Source of the DNA: a virus
Lineage: Duplodnaviria; Caudoviricetes
Virus record (IMG/VR): IMGVR_UViG_3300005512_000287
Location: 1-26,211 of that record
Direction: 5' to 3' (one strand)
Length of the DNA: 26,211 bases
A program made the position numbers and the translations under genes. The notes beneath the pieces were generated by a model that was not told where the DNA came from, made no database searches, and worked only from the letters and a program-made list of their open reading frames with translations. Shown one piece after another: positions 1 through 9,437 of this stretch (within the stretch, counting starts at the first letter, position 1; every line of letters starts with the position of its first letter).

Positions 1-26
1 GCGGTTGACACGGCCCCTTACCCCTA

Positions 27-1754
27 TTACCCGCAAAGGGAACCCCCCCGCCAGTCCTCGGTCCAGCCACTACCAAGATTGTCAAAGTAGGTATAAAAAT
101 AATCTGTGATTTTTGTCGAACTTGTTGCGCCTACCGTTGCGGGTAGAAAGCCCCGCATGAGTTGCGCAAGCGTGTCAAGGTATCCATCAACAAGCGCCAG
201 ATCACCCACAACCTCATAATTAACTGCGGTATCATCTGCAAAATTAGCCTCATTATTACAAGCCAACAGCCTGGAATATGCGCCTGCCTCATTGTTATAA
301 ACATTTACACCATCTATAAATTTCCAGATATTACCAAAGAAATTCTCGATGCCTCGATACGTCATGTAGGCATTGTTAGAATTACCACCAATAGAATTGG
401 TTCCGTTCCCGTCGGCATTTGATTTCCCACATTGCCCGATATAGCTATCGGCAACCCACGAGCCACCAGAAAGTCCTGTACGTCCTTCTCCGATCATTGA
501 CTGACTGTCAAAATCTGCATATTCCGTTAAATACAGTAATTGGACGGCACTCATCAGGTCAAAGTCAATATTGCGCCAACCTGCGCCACGTTGGGACGCT
601 GCGCCTCTGAACTTAGCACGAGTTTCATTTGTTTTCGGGAATTCTCCAGAGATTGAACAGAGTTTATCCCCAGCTGCGTACAGACTCGTGACAATATCGG
701 CACTGGCAACCATAGCACCGGCGCTTGCATCGTACAAACTACCTTCGTAAGCTCCGACATAGCGAAAATCAACCTCACCCCCATCTTTGATAAATGCGGG
801 ATGTAGTACAAAACCAGGATGCCTTATTTCTGAGATAGACCAAGAATGAGTAGTGCCATTATAATTATAACTGACATAAAATTTAGGGATTTCAACCATC
901 ACCTGACCATGAGACTGATCATTAATAGTCGCTGCTGTACCATCAGCTTTTTTAGTGGAGTCTGTTGGGTCTAAATAATACAGAACACTACCAGCATCAT
1001 TTAATACACAACGTCTCATTTTGTCATGTACTGGTAAAGAAGTCAATGGGGATAAACCAGCCGAATAATCAGACAGTGCTCCAATACGTGTATACACATC
1101 AGTGGATTCGTTCCATTGTACACCATAAGAACTATATAAAACAGATTTTAGTAAAGCAAGATTCCCACCATAGTTATTAACCTCTGAGGCTATGGCTCCT
1201 TCCATTGAGGAAACGTGGGAAGGAATAAGAACATCCCAAATACTTGAGGAATAACCAGTGACCGAGGCAATATCTTCCCAAAGGGTTGTCCCTGCTGTCA
1301 TGCCCGAAAGCCCCAAGTCCTCAAGTGCGAGAACGTGCTGGGCTGTCATTGCTCCCAATGCGGTCAAGTCAAAGACTGATTCGGTGTTGGCTGTAGGAGT
1401 AGCGTCCTCGGTTGCTGTGGATTCGTGGATGTTCCAAGTGATTGTACCAGCCGTATTGATGCGCTCAAGGTAGAAGTTGCCACTGATTGATGGATATGTT
1501 GCGCCACCATTCAGGATGTCTTTATCAAACGCTTTGCCGAATAGCTCAAGGGAGATGAGGCCGGATGTTACGTCTTCGACAACAGCAACAGAACCAGCAG
1601 AACCAGAGGTTACGTCTGCCTCGTTTTTTACCAAAGAGGCAACGGTTGCCTTCTTTGTCTCACCAGCACTCGTATCTACGATTGCTATTTCATCGTCTAC
1701 CGCAATATCCGCAGCGACGAGCTCAGTTAATTCACTAATCTTTTTATCAGCCAT
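27..1754 (-). CDS. Virion fibre / receptor-binding protein with C-terminal C-type-lectin (FGE-like) domain; 3' end probably frameshifted or incomplete
   Basis: N-terminal MADKKISELTE...IAIVD...TKKAT motif typical of phage fibre proteins. Later motifs VMVEIPKFY, HPAF, YVGAYEG and YRGIENFFGNIWKFIDG are typical of CLec-fold phage proteins. SD-like AGGTGAG lies upstream. Confidence 0.75.
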   Translation of the reverse strand: MADKKISELTELVAADIAVDDEIAIVDTSAGETKKATVASLVKNEADVTSGSAGSVAVVEDVTSGLISLELFGKAFDKDILNGGATYPSISGNFYLERINTAGTITWNIHESTATEDATPTANTESVFDLTALGAMTAQHVLALEDLGLSGMTAGTTLWEDIASVTGYSSSIWDVLIPSHVSSMEGAIASEVNNYGGNLALLKSVLYSSYGVQWNESTDVYTRIGALSDYSAGLSPLTSLPVHDKMRRCVLNDAGSVLYYLDPTDSTKKADGTAATINDQSHGQVMVEIPKFYVSYNYNGTTHSWSISEIRHPGFVLHPAFIKDGGEVDFRYVGAYEGSLYDASAGAMVASADIVTSLYAAGDKLCSISGEFPKTNETRAKFRGAASQRGAGWRNIDFDLMSAVQLLYLTEYADFDSQSMIGEGRTGLSGGSWVADSYIGQCGKSNADGNGTNSIGGNSNNAYMTYRGIENFFGNIWKFIDGVNVYNNEAGAYSRLLACNNEANFADDTAVNYEVVGDLALVDGYLDTLAQLMRGFLPATVGATSSTKITDYFYTYFDNLGSGWTEDWRGGSLCG

Positions 1755-1763
1755 GATCTCACC

Positions 1764-1898
1764 TTAAAATAAAATTTTATCGTCATTCTCCTGGGCCAGA
1801 AAACTTCCGTCTTCCTGGAGTATTCTTCGCAATAATCTACCGACACCCGCCGCGATATTACTCCGCAGCAGTGATGCCCCTAATCCAAGCCAGCCCAT
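1764..1898 (-). CDS. 44-aa fibre/spike-associated protein, not in the ORF track (MGWLGLGASLLRSNIAAGVGRLLRRILQEDGSFLAQENDDKILF)
   Basis: ATG overlaps the upstream stop (TAATG) and the ORF fills the gap exactly. GLG N-terminus and duplicated LQEDGS/AQENDD motif are seen in phage fibre modules. Confidence 0.75.
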   Translation of the reverse strand: MGWLGLGASLLRSNIAAGVGRLLRRILQEDGSFLAQENDDKILF

Positions 1899-2188
1899 TA
1901 TGTGGGACTCGCGGTGCCCTTGTAGATCCTGACGGCACCTGAGGTGAGAGTTATCGCAGTGAAGTTGCCATAGATGATAGACCCAGCTACATAAGTTACT
2001 GTCGTGGCATCATCACCTGAATGGTTTGTCTCGGTGAGTGTGGCAAACACCGTGTCAGTCAGCATCTGGATTGCGACAAAGTTCCCAGTGATCGCGGTTG
2101 TACCGGTCTCAGTGATCACACCACCCTGCCCAAGCGCAAGATTACCTGCTGACTTTACATCGTATTTCTTGAAATCTGGTTCGGCCAT
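1898..2188 (-). CDS. Small beta-rich virion protein, possibly a head-spike base
   Basis: 96 aa, Thr/Gly-rich beta-strand pattern, strong SD AAGGAGG, first gene of the fibre module. Confidence 0.6.
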   Translation of the reverse strand: MAEPDFKKYDVKSAGNLALGQGGVITETGTTAITGNFVAIQMLTDTVFATLTETNHSGDDATTVTYVAGSIIYGNFTAITLTSGAVRIYKGTASPT

Positions 2189-2257
2189 GTTAGCCTCCTT
2201 GTGTTTAGTGTCACTTTCCGCCCGAAGCTATCCTGACATGGTGACATCGTTGCTCAT

Positions 2258-2286
2258 AATATAACTTAAATGAGAACCATTCTCAA
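2258..2286 (-). promoter_or_regulatory. Sigma70-type promoter for the spike/fibre module
   Basis: Minus strand reads TTGAGA-17 nt-TATATT, immediately after the stop of the 1482-aa gene. Confidence 0.65.
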
Positions 2287-2289
2287 TTA
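2267..2289. promoter_or_regulatory. Fur-box-like operator overlapping the -35 and spacer
   Basis: TAAATGAGAACCATTCTCAATTA, two mismatches from the perfect palindrome at 21120. Confidence 0.65.
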
Positions 2290-2293
2290 GGTT

Positions 2294-5200
2294 TTAGAAC
2301 TCAAATTCATATTCAGACAATCCCTTCTTTTTCCGGGATTCTTGTATCGCTCTGATCTGCTGCTTGCTCGGAATGTATGGGATATACTTACCTGACATCA
2401 GCGATCCGATCATCTTCTGACTTACACCTATCTCACGCATTGCCGAGACGATCTCTTTGTCAGTCATTCCGAACTTCTTAAAATCAGTTGCAATCTCACG
2501 CATCTGCTTCCATGCACCCTGGCGCCGTTTCTCACCTTCCTCAGAATACATCTTGATAATGTTCTCATCAGACTCATTGCGCATCTTTCGGGTGGCCCCA
2601 CGCATCGATAGTTGGTATGCCTCTTTTGTGGTCCATAGATTATTTTTCATGGCCTGCTCAGGGATAAATGTCTGCTCACGGACACCACGCACCAGGTTCT
2701 TAGCCTCCTCAGCCACTGTGTACCTCTTACCGTACTCATCTACGATGCCATCCTTGGCTTTCTGGATTCTGCGAGTCTGATACCCTACCCCCTCCCAATA
2801 TTCGCCGGTGTCAGCTTCGCCATCACGTATCTTGACAGGAAGGAACTCAGATATATCAAAGTCACCTGATTTAATGTCAGCCTTTATCTTGAGGATGTCA
2901 GGTGCCATAGCCCACGGCGATATTTTAGACATCGTGAATGATATTGTGTTTGCAATATTATTGATTGCCTCATCATTCTCAGTCCACACTACCTTACCCA
3001 TCTCATCCTTACCGCTATACAGGGCAGATGCTAGACTTGCAAGCATAGATGGATCGACATAGGGCTGGAGTGCCTGATACGCTGCGGCCCCTACCTCACC
3101 ACGGCTTAATGCCTCAAGAGGTTCTGATATAGTAGACCAGGGATTGGTGTAACTCATATTCACATAACTGATACCCTTTGTCCCATTCTCAGTCTCAACG
3201 ATGCCGTAAGGTATTAATTCTGCATATTCTTCCCACGGAGATACATATTTCTGCATTAGCTCGGCGGTCTCAGATATTGACATTCCCCACTCGTTAAATG
3301 GTTCACCGTTGCCGGACATCTGGTTATACATTTCTACGAACTTTTCCTTGCCACCATAGTATGCAGCAACAGATGCAAGCCCTAAAGCACGAGAGAACGA
3401 TCTCTTGCCAAGGCCACTCGTCCCGGCCATCTCTTTTGCTGCGAGTTTAACCGTGTTGCCAGCAGTCATTACAACAGATGTCGGGAACGCTGTAAACGTA
3501 CCAACGAATGACCCAAGGCCACTATTACGCATCTTGTCATTCCAACGCGGTAAATTCCCGTAGTTGGGGTATATCAGTCTGGTGTTCGCCATAGCCTTAT
3601 CTTTTGGATACCCCTTAGACACTTCGTTAAGATAGCCGTACACCTTCCACACATCATCCCAATACTGATAGAGTTTCTGCGCCTTATTGTTAGGCAGGTT
3701 TGATGCAAGTTTATCTATCTGCTTCAATGATAATTTATCAAAGTCCTTACCGAACAGCCCGAAACTTTTCCGTGTTAGGTCAGCAAGGTCAGACGTGATT
3801 ATGTCGGAACTCAGCACACCGTTGGCAATAAGCTCACCAACCAGATCCTCATTCTTTGCCTTGCGAGTCACGATATCAAGCGCCTCTGCCATCTTGTCAA
3901 CTCGCCAGTGCCCATTTGCAGCGGCGAATCCAATGTTACCCACAAAGTTTCTGATATGAGAGTTGGGGTTGTAAACAGTTTGCATACCTTTAAGGGCGCC
4001 ATTTGCCTTCATCAAGAGTTTGTTTATCTTGCCCTGGGATATAGTCGCTTCCTGGAATTCTTTCGCAAACTCTTTCGTGGTGTACATTGTCTTTTTCTGC
4101 CCGAGGCCCATGTCTATTGATACTGGCGTGTCAAAATTGCCCTGTTTCTGTATAAACATGATTGGGTCATCACCACCGGCCATGAACTTCTCGACCAGCA
4201 TCCTGTTGGTGCGAGACTGTTCAGCCTGAATCACCATATTCTGTGCCGTGAATACAGCGTTAGCAACTGGGTCATCGAACTCACCCATTAATTTCCGTAT
4301 CTGGACGGGGATATGCTTGCGCTTTTTCAGGTTATTGCGATTAACAGATCCGAGCCATTTAGTAAAATTACCCATAGACTCAGATGTCCAATCCTCGGTT
4401 GCAAGCGCCTTAACCTCTGCATCGATAGCGTTAGAAAACATATCCTCTGTAATTTCTTTTCCAGGATGATCTATTTCAAGGCGCCTCATAATGTCATCGC
4501 CATAAGCATCATTAATAAATCCCCTGGCACCTTCAATCACATCAGTATCTTTTGATACCTTGTCCCACCACTTTGGATCATAAAACTTTTTGTATGACAT
4601 CTTTAGATAGATGCCCATATTCTCATCGACAGTCGCTTCCAACTTTTTAGAGAGTATCTTGCCATCCTGCTTCAACATGGTTGACAGATTATCGATGTAC
4701 TGGCGCATATTATCAACAGCATCTAGAACCTCAGCCGGTAATAGCTGGTCAGCACGATATTTTTCTCTGAGCTCTGGGGAGCCAAGGAGTGCATTGATGA
4801 CACTGCGGTCTTGGTCTTTTATAGCTTTCTCGAATTTCCTGGCATTATTCCTTATCTTGAACATGCCAGCCTTAATACGAGACTCCTGTGATTTTGTAAG
4901 ATCACGCAACTTGTTCCTGATGCCAAACGAGTTCACCCACTCTTTAGCATTATCAACAGTTTTAACCCATCCAGTTCTCGTGTCAGGAGAAGCAGGCTTC
5001 AAGTCTGGTTTCTGCTGCGGCAGGTCTTTAATATCTATATTGGGTTCAGCACCCCTTGGCGCCTCACCGACCCTCCTGCCATTATAGTCAGCAAGCGCCT
5101 CTTCGTATGAGACTTTCTCCAGGTCAGCCTTATTCTTTATAGTCAATGTAGATGCGGGTGTCTTCTTAGGCGGAATGATCTCTCCAAGAACGCGATCAGC

Positions 5201-6742
5201 GTCATCAGGTATAGCATTAGTGGTCTGACTCTTAGCGGATGGTATTTCATCTGATTTTTTTAGTGTATTCACTATCTCATCGATACCGCGAAGTTCATCA
5301 TAAACAGTTGTTCTCAATTTCCGCATCTCTGTCAGATCCTGTTCCACCTGTTTAACTACAGGCCCCCTGCCACCAGACGTTTTCTTGAGATTGTCAAGTT
5401 CTTTCTCTGCCCCAGAGATGGCCGACTCAATGCGTCTGCGCTGGGAATCAAGATCAATCTTATATTTAGAAAATTCTTCATCTGTGCCCCTCAGTGTCAA
5501 TTCTTCTTGAGTGCCATCCACTAGTACTTTACGCTTAGGAGTACCAGGCTTTTTAGGCATCTTCGCCTTCAATTCATCGAGCCGTTTGCCACTTGCCATT
5601 TTTATGACATCTACATCCTTATCCATAGCAATGGAGTTGGACAGTGCAAAATCTTTATCAGTGATCCCGAGTTTCTTTAAGACAGCAGACTTGGCTTTAT
5701 CTGCCTTGGCTGCCTTGAATTCTTCCACATGATCAGCCATCATGTTACGGATCAGTGCCCTATCTTCCTTTGGTAACTCCTTCACAATTTTCAGGGCACC
5801 CTTACCGCCCATGACTCGACCGAATGCAAGATTGAGCGCATACCCCTCAATAAAGTTCTTTGAGAAGTCACCCTCATTAAGCCCGGCGTATATCGCATCA
5901 GGAACTGGATTTGTGTCAGGGTTAGCCAATAGGCCACCAACAGTCTTCAACGTCTTTGACTTCGCAGCAGAGACGAGCGTCTTGCCAAGCGCACCGGTGG
6001 ATGCGATACCAACAGCAATATTGGCAACAGCACCCACTACCTGCCCAGTCTTTCCAACGCCTTCCCTGTCAGCAGTGAGCGCCATATCCTTACCGCCAAA
6101 GGCGGTGATGGTCTGTAGTCCACCCTCAAGGACTTGAGATGGCAGAGAGGTGTCTACTGTCGTACCTTCCTCCTGTGCCTCAGCGAGATTAACTATCTCA
6201 GCTAATTGTAATTTAATCCACTGAGATGACTTTTTGTTCGCTGTGGCATATTTGCGCAATGTCTCATTTATCTGCTTTTTGTCGCCACCAAAAGCATCAT
6301 AGACCTCTCTGGCGCGTTTTTGCTTATCAACCCTTGCTACCGCTGACACGTCCTGACCTGACGGCCTCTTAGTAAGATAATCAACCAATGCCTTACTCCC
6401 TGGCTTTGGTGTGGCTGTCGCTTCGACAGGTACGGCAGGGGTGATGCGTCTGGGGTCTCGCCCAGATGTGACAGGCCCTGGCTCGGTAAGAGCCCTCTTC
6501 TTAGGATGATACTCAACCGGAGCCCCAACATCCTTGGCTGCCTTTATCTGAGATACGACATAACTAGACTCAGATAGTATCTTATTAGCATTAGCTATCA
6601 AAGATTCGACGTTAGCTATCTTATTTATAGTCTCAGGTGACGCCGATTGTTCAATAGGTTTCGGTTCAGGCGCATTAGCCTTAAACTTATCCGGGTCGAA
6701 CCCACCTTTTTTAGTGGCGAATTTGTCAGGGTCGAATACCAT
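2294..6742 (-). CDS. Large internal virion / DNA ejection protein
   Basis: 1482 aa, helical and Lys/Ala-rich, FDPDKF duplicated at the N-terminus. Last and largest of three genes after the tail genes, as in podovirus ejectosome modules. Confidence 0.7.
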   Translation of the reverse strand: MVFDPDKFATKKGGFDPDKFKANAPEPKPIEQSASPETINKIANVESLIANANKILSESSYVVSQIKAAKDVGAPVEYHPKKRALTEPGPVTSGRDPRRITPAVPVEATATPKPGSKALVDYLTKRPSGQDVSAVARVDKQKRAREVYDAFGGDKKQINETLRKYATANKKSSQWIKLQLAEIVNLAEAQEEGTTVDTSLPSQVLEGGLQTITAFGGKDMALTADREGVGKTGQVVGAVANIAVGIASTGALGKTLVSAAKSKTLKTVGGLLANPDTNPVPDAIYAGLNEGDFSKNFIEGYALNLAFGRVMGGKGALKIVKELPKEDRALIRNMMADHVEEFKAAKADKAKSAVLKKLGITDKDFALSNSIAMDKDVDVIKMASGKRLDELKAKMPKKPGTPKRKVLVDGTQEELTLRGTDEEFSKYKIDLDSQRRRIESAISGAEKELDNLKKTSGGRGPVVKQVEQDLTEMRKLRTTVYDELRGIDEIVNTLKKSDEIPSAKSQTTNAIPDDADRVLGEIIPPKKTPASTLTIKNKADLEKVSYEEALADYNGRRVGEAPRGAEPNIDIKDLPQQKPDLKPASPDTRTGWVKTVDNAKEWVNSFGIRNKLRDLTKSQESRIKAGMFKIRNNARKFEKAIKDQDRSVINALLGSPELREKYRADQLLPAEVLDAVDNMRQYIDNLSTMLKQDGKILSKKLEATVDENMGIYLKMSYKKFYDPKWWDKVSKDTDVIEGARGFINDAYGDDIMRRLEIDHPGKEITEDMFSNAIDAEVKALATEDWTSESMGNFTKWLGSVNRNNLKKRKHIPVQIRKLMGEFDDPVANAVFTAQNMVIQAEQSRTNRMLVEKFMAGGDDPIMFIQKQGNFDTPVSIDMGLGQKKTMYTTKEFAKEFQEATISQGKINKLLMKANGALKGMQTVYNPNSHIRNFVGNIGFAAANGHWRVDKMAEALDIVTRKAKNEDLVGELIANGVLSSDIITSDLADLTRKSFGLFGKDFDKLSLKQIDKLASNLPNNKAQKLYQYWDDVWKVYGYLNEVSKGYPKDKAMANTRLIYPNYGNLPRWNDKMRNSGLGSFVGTFTAFPTSVVMTAGNTVKLAAKEMAGTSGLGKRSFSRALGLASVAAYYGGKEKFVEMYNQMSGNGEPFNEWGMSISETAELMQKYVSPWEEYAELIPYGIVETENGTKGISYVNMSYTNPWSTISEPLEALSRGEVGAAAYQALQPYVDPSMLASLASALYSGKDEMGKVVWTENDEAINNIANTISFTMSKISPWAMAPDILKIKADIKSGDFDISEFLPVKIRDGEADTGEYWEGVGYQTRRIQKAKDGIVDEYGKRYTVAEEAKNLVRGVREQTFIPEQAMKNNLWTTKEAYQLSMRGATRKMRNESDENIIKMYSEEGEKRRQGAWKQMREIATDFKKFGMTDKEIVSAMREIGVSQKMIGSLMSGKYIPYIPSKQQIRAIQESRKKKGLSEYEFEF

Positions 6743-8013
6743 TAAATCTCCAGGCTAGGGTAGCGTGATTTCAAATCCTGCATAATAGCATTGAAATTCT
6801 CATGCCGTTGTGACTCAGGGAGCGCCATTTGTGACTGCACCCAATCATACTGGTCCTTATCGTCACCCTTGAGATTAACATTGGCCTTGGATGTTGACTT
6901 GGCTGGGACCTTTTTCACAGTCTGTTTTATCTCATAGCCACCATCTTCACTACGCATTTCCTCTGCTGTTGCCTTGACTCTTCCGATAAACTCGGGATCA
7001 GAGATAACTTGCCTAAGTGCCTCTGGGTCGCTAAAGTCCAAGCCACCTAGATCCATACTTCGCAACATATCGCCAGCAGCCTGCCATTCATACGAATCTA
7101 GCAGTAAGTTGGGGAATGGGGTGTTATATGAAACGAGAGGCGGTGACTCATTTATGCCTGCGAGCGCATTCACCTTCATAGCGTTATCAGCACCAAGAAT
7201 AAAATTCTCATAATAGTCATACACTGGCGCAGTGCCCCAGACATCCACACTACCATGTTTCAGCATATTTGTCGTGAAGTCTTTCACAAGTTTATCATTT
7301 GCCTCGACCAGTGGTTGTGCATCCTTGATATACTGATCGGCAGGAGAAACACCGGCAGCGGAAGCTCTGGATGTGTATGGGTACCCTGCCTCAGCAGCAG
7401 CAGCCTTCGAGTCAAACACATCATACTCTTTGTCATTTTTCCACATGACAACCTTATCAGGCTCCTTGATCGCCTCTAGTGCCCTGTTCTGAGCGACAGC
7501 AGCACCATCAAAGTCACCAATAGACTGGAGATGCAGTGCGGTGGCCTTATAACTGCCATACAGAGATTTCTGGAGATCGGTCATGTCGCTATCCTTGACA
7601 AACTTATCTGTTGCACTGAAGTCCATAGGTGCGCCAGTGTCAGGTGCATCAGGCATTGCGGGTGCCATGATACCTGCCTTGCCGTAGTACCCTGTCTGCT
7701 CGAAATATTTCCACCGAGCAATAGGATCATCTATGGCAGTGCCAACTTTCCAGATAAGGTCAAGCTCCGTTTTGAGCTTCTTCTGCTGGGCCTCCATGTT
7801 AAGCCTGTTCTGCTCACGCCGGTATTCTTCCTGTACAACCCTTCGCTCAGATTCTGAGATGGCCGACTTAGCCAAACCCTCAGAAATCCCACGGGCCATT
7901 GGCGAATCAGATGCGAGGCCAAACCCAAGAGCAGCGACAGCCTTGATCATTGGCGAGTATTTTGCGATAGTAGACTCAGCCGTTGTATCTTCAATATTTA
8001 CATTATCTGGCAT
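6742..8013 (-). CDS. Internal virion / ejection protein (start revised to MPDNVN, 423 aa)
   Basis: TAAAGGAGTTACCATG gives a clear SD at 8013 and removes the overlap with the upstream gene. Hydrophobic Gly/Ala stretch followed by a coiled coil. Confidence 0.65.
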   Translation of the reverse strand: MPDNVNIEDTTAESTIAKYSPMIKAVAALGFGLASDSPMARGISEGLAKSAISESERRVVQEEYRREQNRLNMEAQQKKLKTELDLIWKVGTAIDDPIARWKYFEQTGYYGKAGIMAPAMPDAPDTGAPMDFSATDKFVKDSDMTDLQKSLYGSYKATALHLQSIGDFDGAAVAQNRALEAIKEPDKVVMWKNDKEYDVFDSKAAAAEAGYPYTSRASAAGVSPADQYIKDAQPLVEANDKLVKDFTTNMLKHGSVDVWGTAPVYDYYENFILGADNAMKVNALAGINESPPLVSYNTPFPNLLLDSYEWQAAGDMLRSMDLGGLDFSDPEALRQVISDPEFIGRVKATAEEMRSEDGGYEIKQTVKKVPAKSTSKANVNLKGDDKDQYDWVQSQMALPESQRHENFNAIMQDLKSRYPSLEI

Positions 8014-8023
8014 GGTAACTCCT

Positions 8024-8695
8024 TTAGCCGGGGATGATTGCGTCGATAGCCTGAACGATAAATGACCACCCCTGAGCCTCTTGTTCTTCCTCTGCAAGCC
8101 TAAAACCTTCTTTAGTTTTCCACTTCTCAAAGTCGAACTGTGCCTGTCGCATTCTGTTATCAAAGTCAGCCTGTTGCTCCATCGATAACTGCCCACGGAG
8201 ACTCAGTATCATATTTAGCGCCTGCGCCTTGTTCGCGTCAGACCGAGCGAGCGCCTGGCCCTGTATCTCTGTGATCCCCTGGCCAAGTGCCTGTTGCTCA
8301 CCACGCAATATCCCGGAGATGTTTGCAGCGGTAGCACCACCAGCAGCGAAAGTACCAGCAGCGAGGTCTTTGCCAGCCAATGCAGACCTCTGACTCAGGA
8401 TGGAACTTAGTTGGCTGATCTGAGAGTTCGCCAGATCAGTATTCGCCTGCTGGTCCATAAGACCGAGTAACAAAGCATACAGTGTGGCAGTGTAATCATT
8501 CATACTGCCAGCCGGTGTGGCATCGTTCGGGTCAGGAGGAGGTGCTACCTCGCCGGGGACAGGTGCATTTGATCGGTCATATAACCATCGTCTGTACAGC
8601 GCTATCGTATTACTGGTCCGCCCTGAGTAATTATTTGGTGTAGGAATTTCAGGGTTTTCTTCTGTATATTCGAAGTTAGATTGTCTACCAGGCAT
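8024..8695 (-). CDS. Small internal virion / pilot-type ejection protein
   Basis: Gln/Ala/Gly-rich helical protein, first in the ejection cluster, SD GGAAGGTG. Confidence 0.55.
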   Translation of the reverse strand: MPGRQSNFEYTEENPEIPTPNNYSGRTSNTIALYRRWLYDRSNAPVPGEVAPPPDPNDATPAGSMNDYTATLYALLLGLMDQQANTDLANSQISQLSSILSQRSALAGKDLAAGTFAAGGATAANISGILRGEQQALGQGITEIQGQALARSDANKAQALNMILSLRGQLSMEQQADFDNRMRQAQFDFEKWKTKEGFRLAEEEQEAQGWSFIVQAIDAIIPG

Positions 8696-8699
8696 GTCA

Positions 8700-9437
8700 T
8701 CACCTTCCTATGGTTATTAACTCTTTAGTGTATTGATTGATACTGCCATGATCATCAAATGGCACATGGAAATCAAACTCTAACAGATAGATGTCTGAGG
8801 CATAAGTATCAGACGCATCAGCGCCCATTCGTGAGAATGAGCAGATGATCATAGAACTTAGACCTTTTGTTCCACCGGTCATCGCTGTAAAACTCGTAAG
8901 ATCATGATAGTCAGCCGTTCCAGATACAGCAACGGTAACATCATCAGTTGTCTCCGCTGGAAATGCTGTATGGATAGAAGCCCACGAATGAGTGAACCTA
9001 AACACCACATTTCCGCTGTTTGCATTGGGAACTGTCCAATGAACATGAGGTTCAATATCTGACGATTCTACACGGCCATGTGGCAGTTGAACCACGAAAG
9101 AACATTTCTCTTGTCGCCCACTGTCAAATGCTAATACAGCTCCGCCCTTATATGATACCCAGTCAGGTGCCTGCACAGGATCCACGCGAGCACTATTAAC
9201 GGGAACCCTGACATCTCCCCACCTTATAATGCGCGGACTGCCAAGCTCACGGCTCCACCAGCGTTTGTTAAGACGGTGGAATGTCCAGCACCTGTCTCCG
9301 ATCGCAACATACCTCAACTCGCCATCATATCCATCTTGTCCCTGTGGGATACGGTCATAGATGCGGGCTTTTGGATTGCGCGTAGAGAACTCAGTGTTGA
9401 TCAGCGTTTTAATTTCACGGCGCAATGAAGCATCCAT
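8700..9437 (-). CDS. Tail-associated protein (needle/spike-like position) with C-terminal beta-sandwich domain
   Basis: Coupled to the nozzle gene (TGATG). C-terminal QLPH...PHVHW...LLEFDFH pattern recurs in phage tail appendage proteins. Confidence 0.5.
   Translation of the reverse strand: MDASLRREIKTLINTEFSTRNPKARIYDRIPQGQDGYDGELRYVAIGDRCWTFHRLNKRWWSRELGSPRIIRWGDVRVPVNSARVDPVQAPDWVSYKGGAVLAFDSGRQEKCSFVVQLPHGRVESSDIEPHVHWTVPNANSGNVVFRFTHSWASIHTAFPAETTDDVTVAVSGTADYHDLTSFTAMTGGTKGLSSMIICSFSRMGADASDTYASDIYLLEFDFHVPFDDHGSINQYTKELITIGR

Noticed and set aside
2189-2257. Riboswitch or leader peptide (MSNDVTMSG) before the spike module
   Set aside because: Only a short TGTCAC/GTGACA pairing, no recognisable aptamer consensus, and no SD for the peptide.
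8014-8196. N-terminal extension of the 484-aa ORF
   Set aside because: Overlaps the upstream gene; a clear SD supports the start at 8013.
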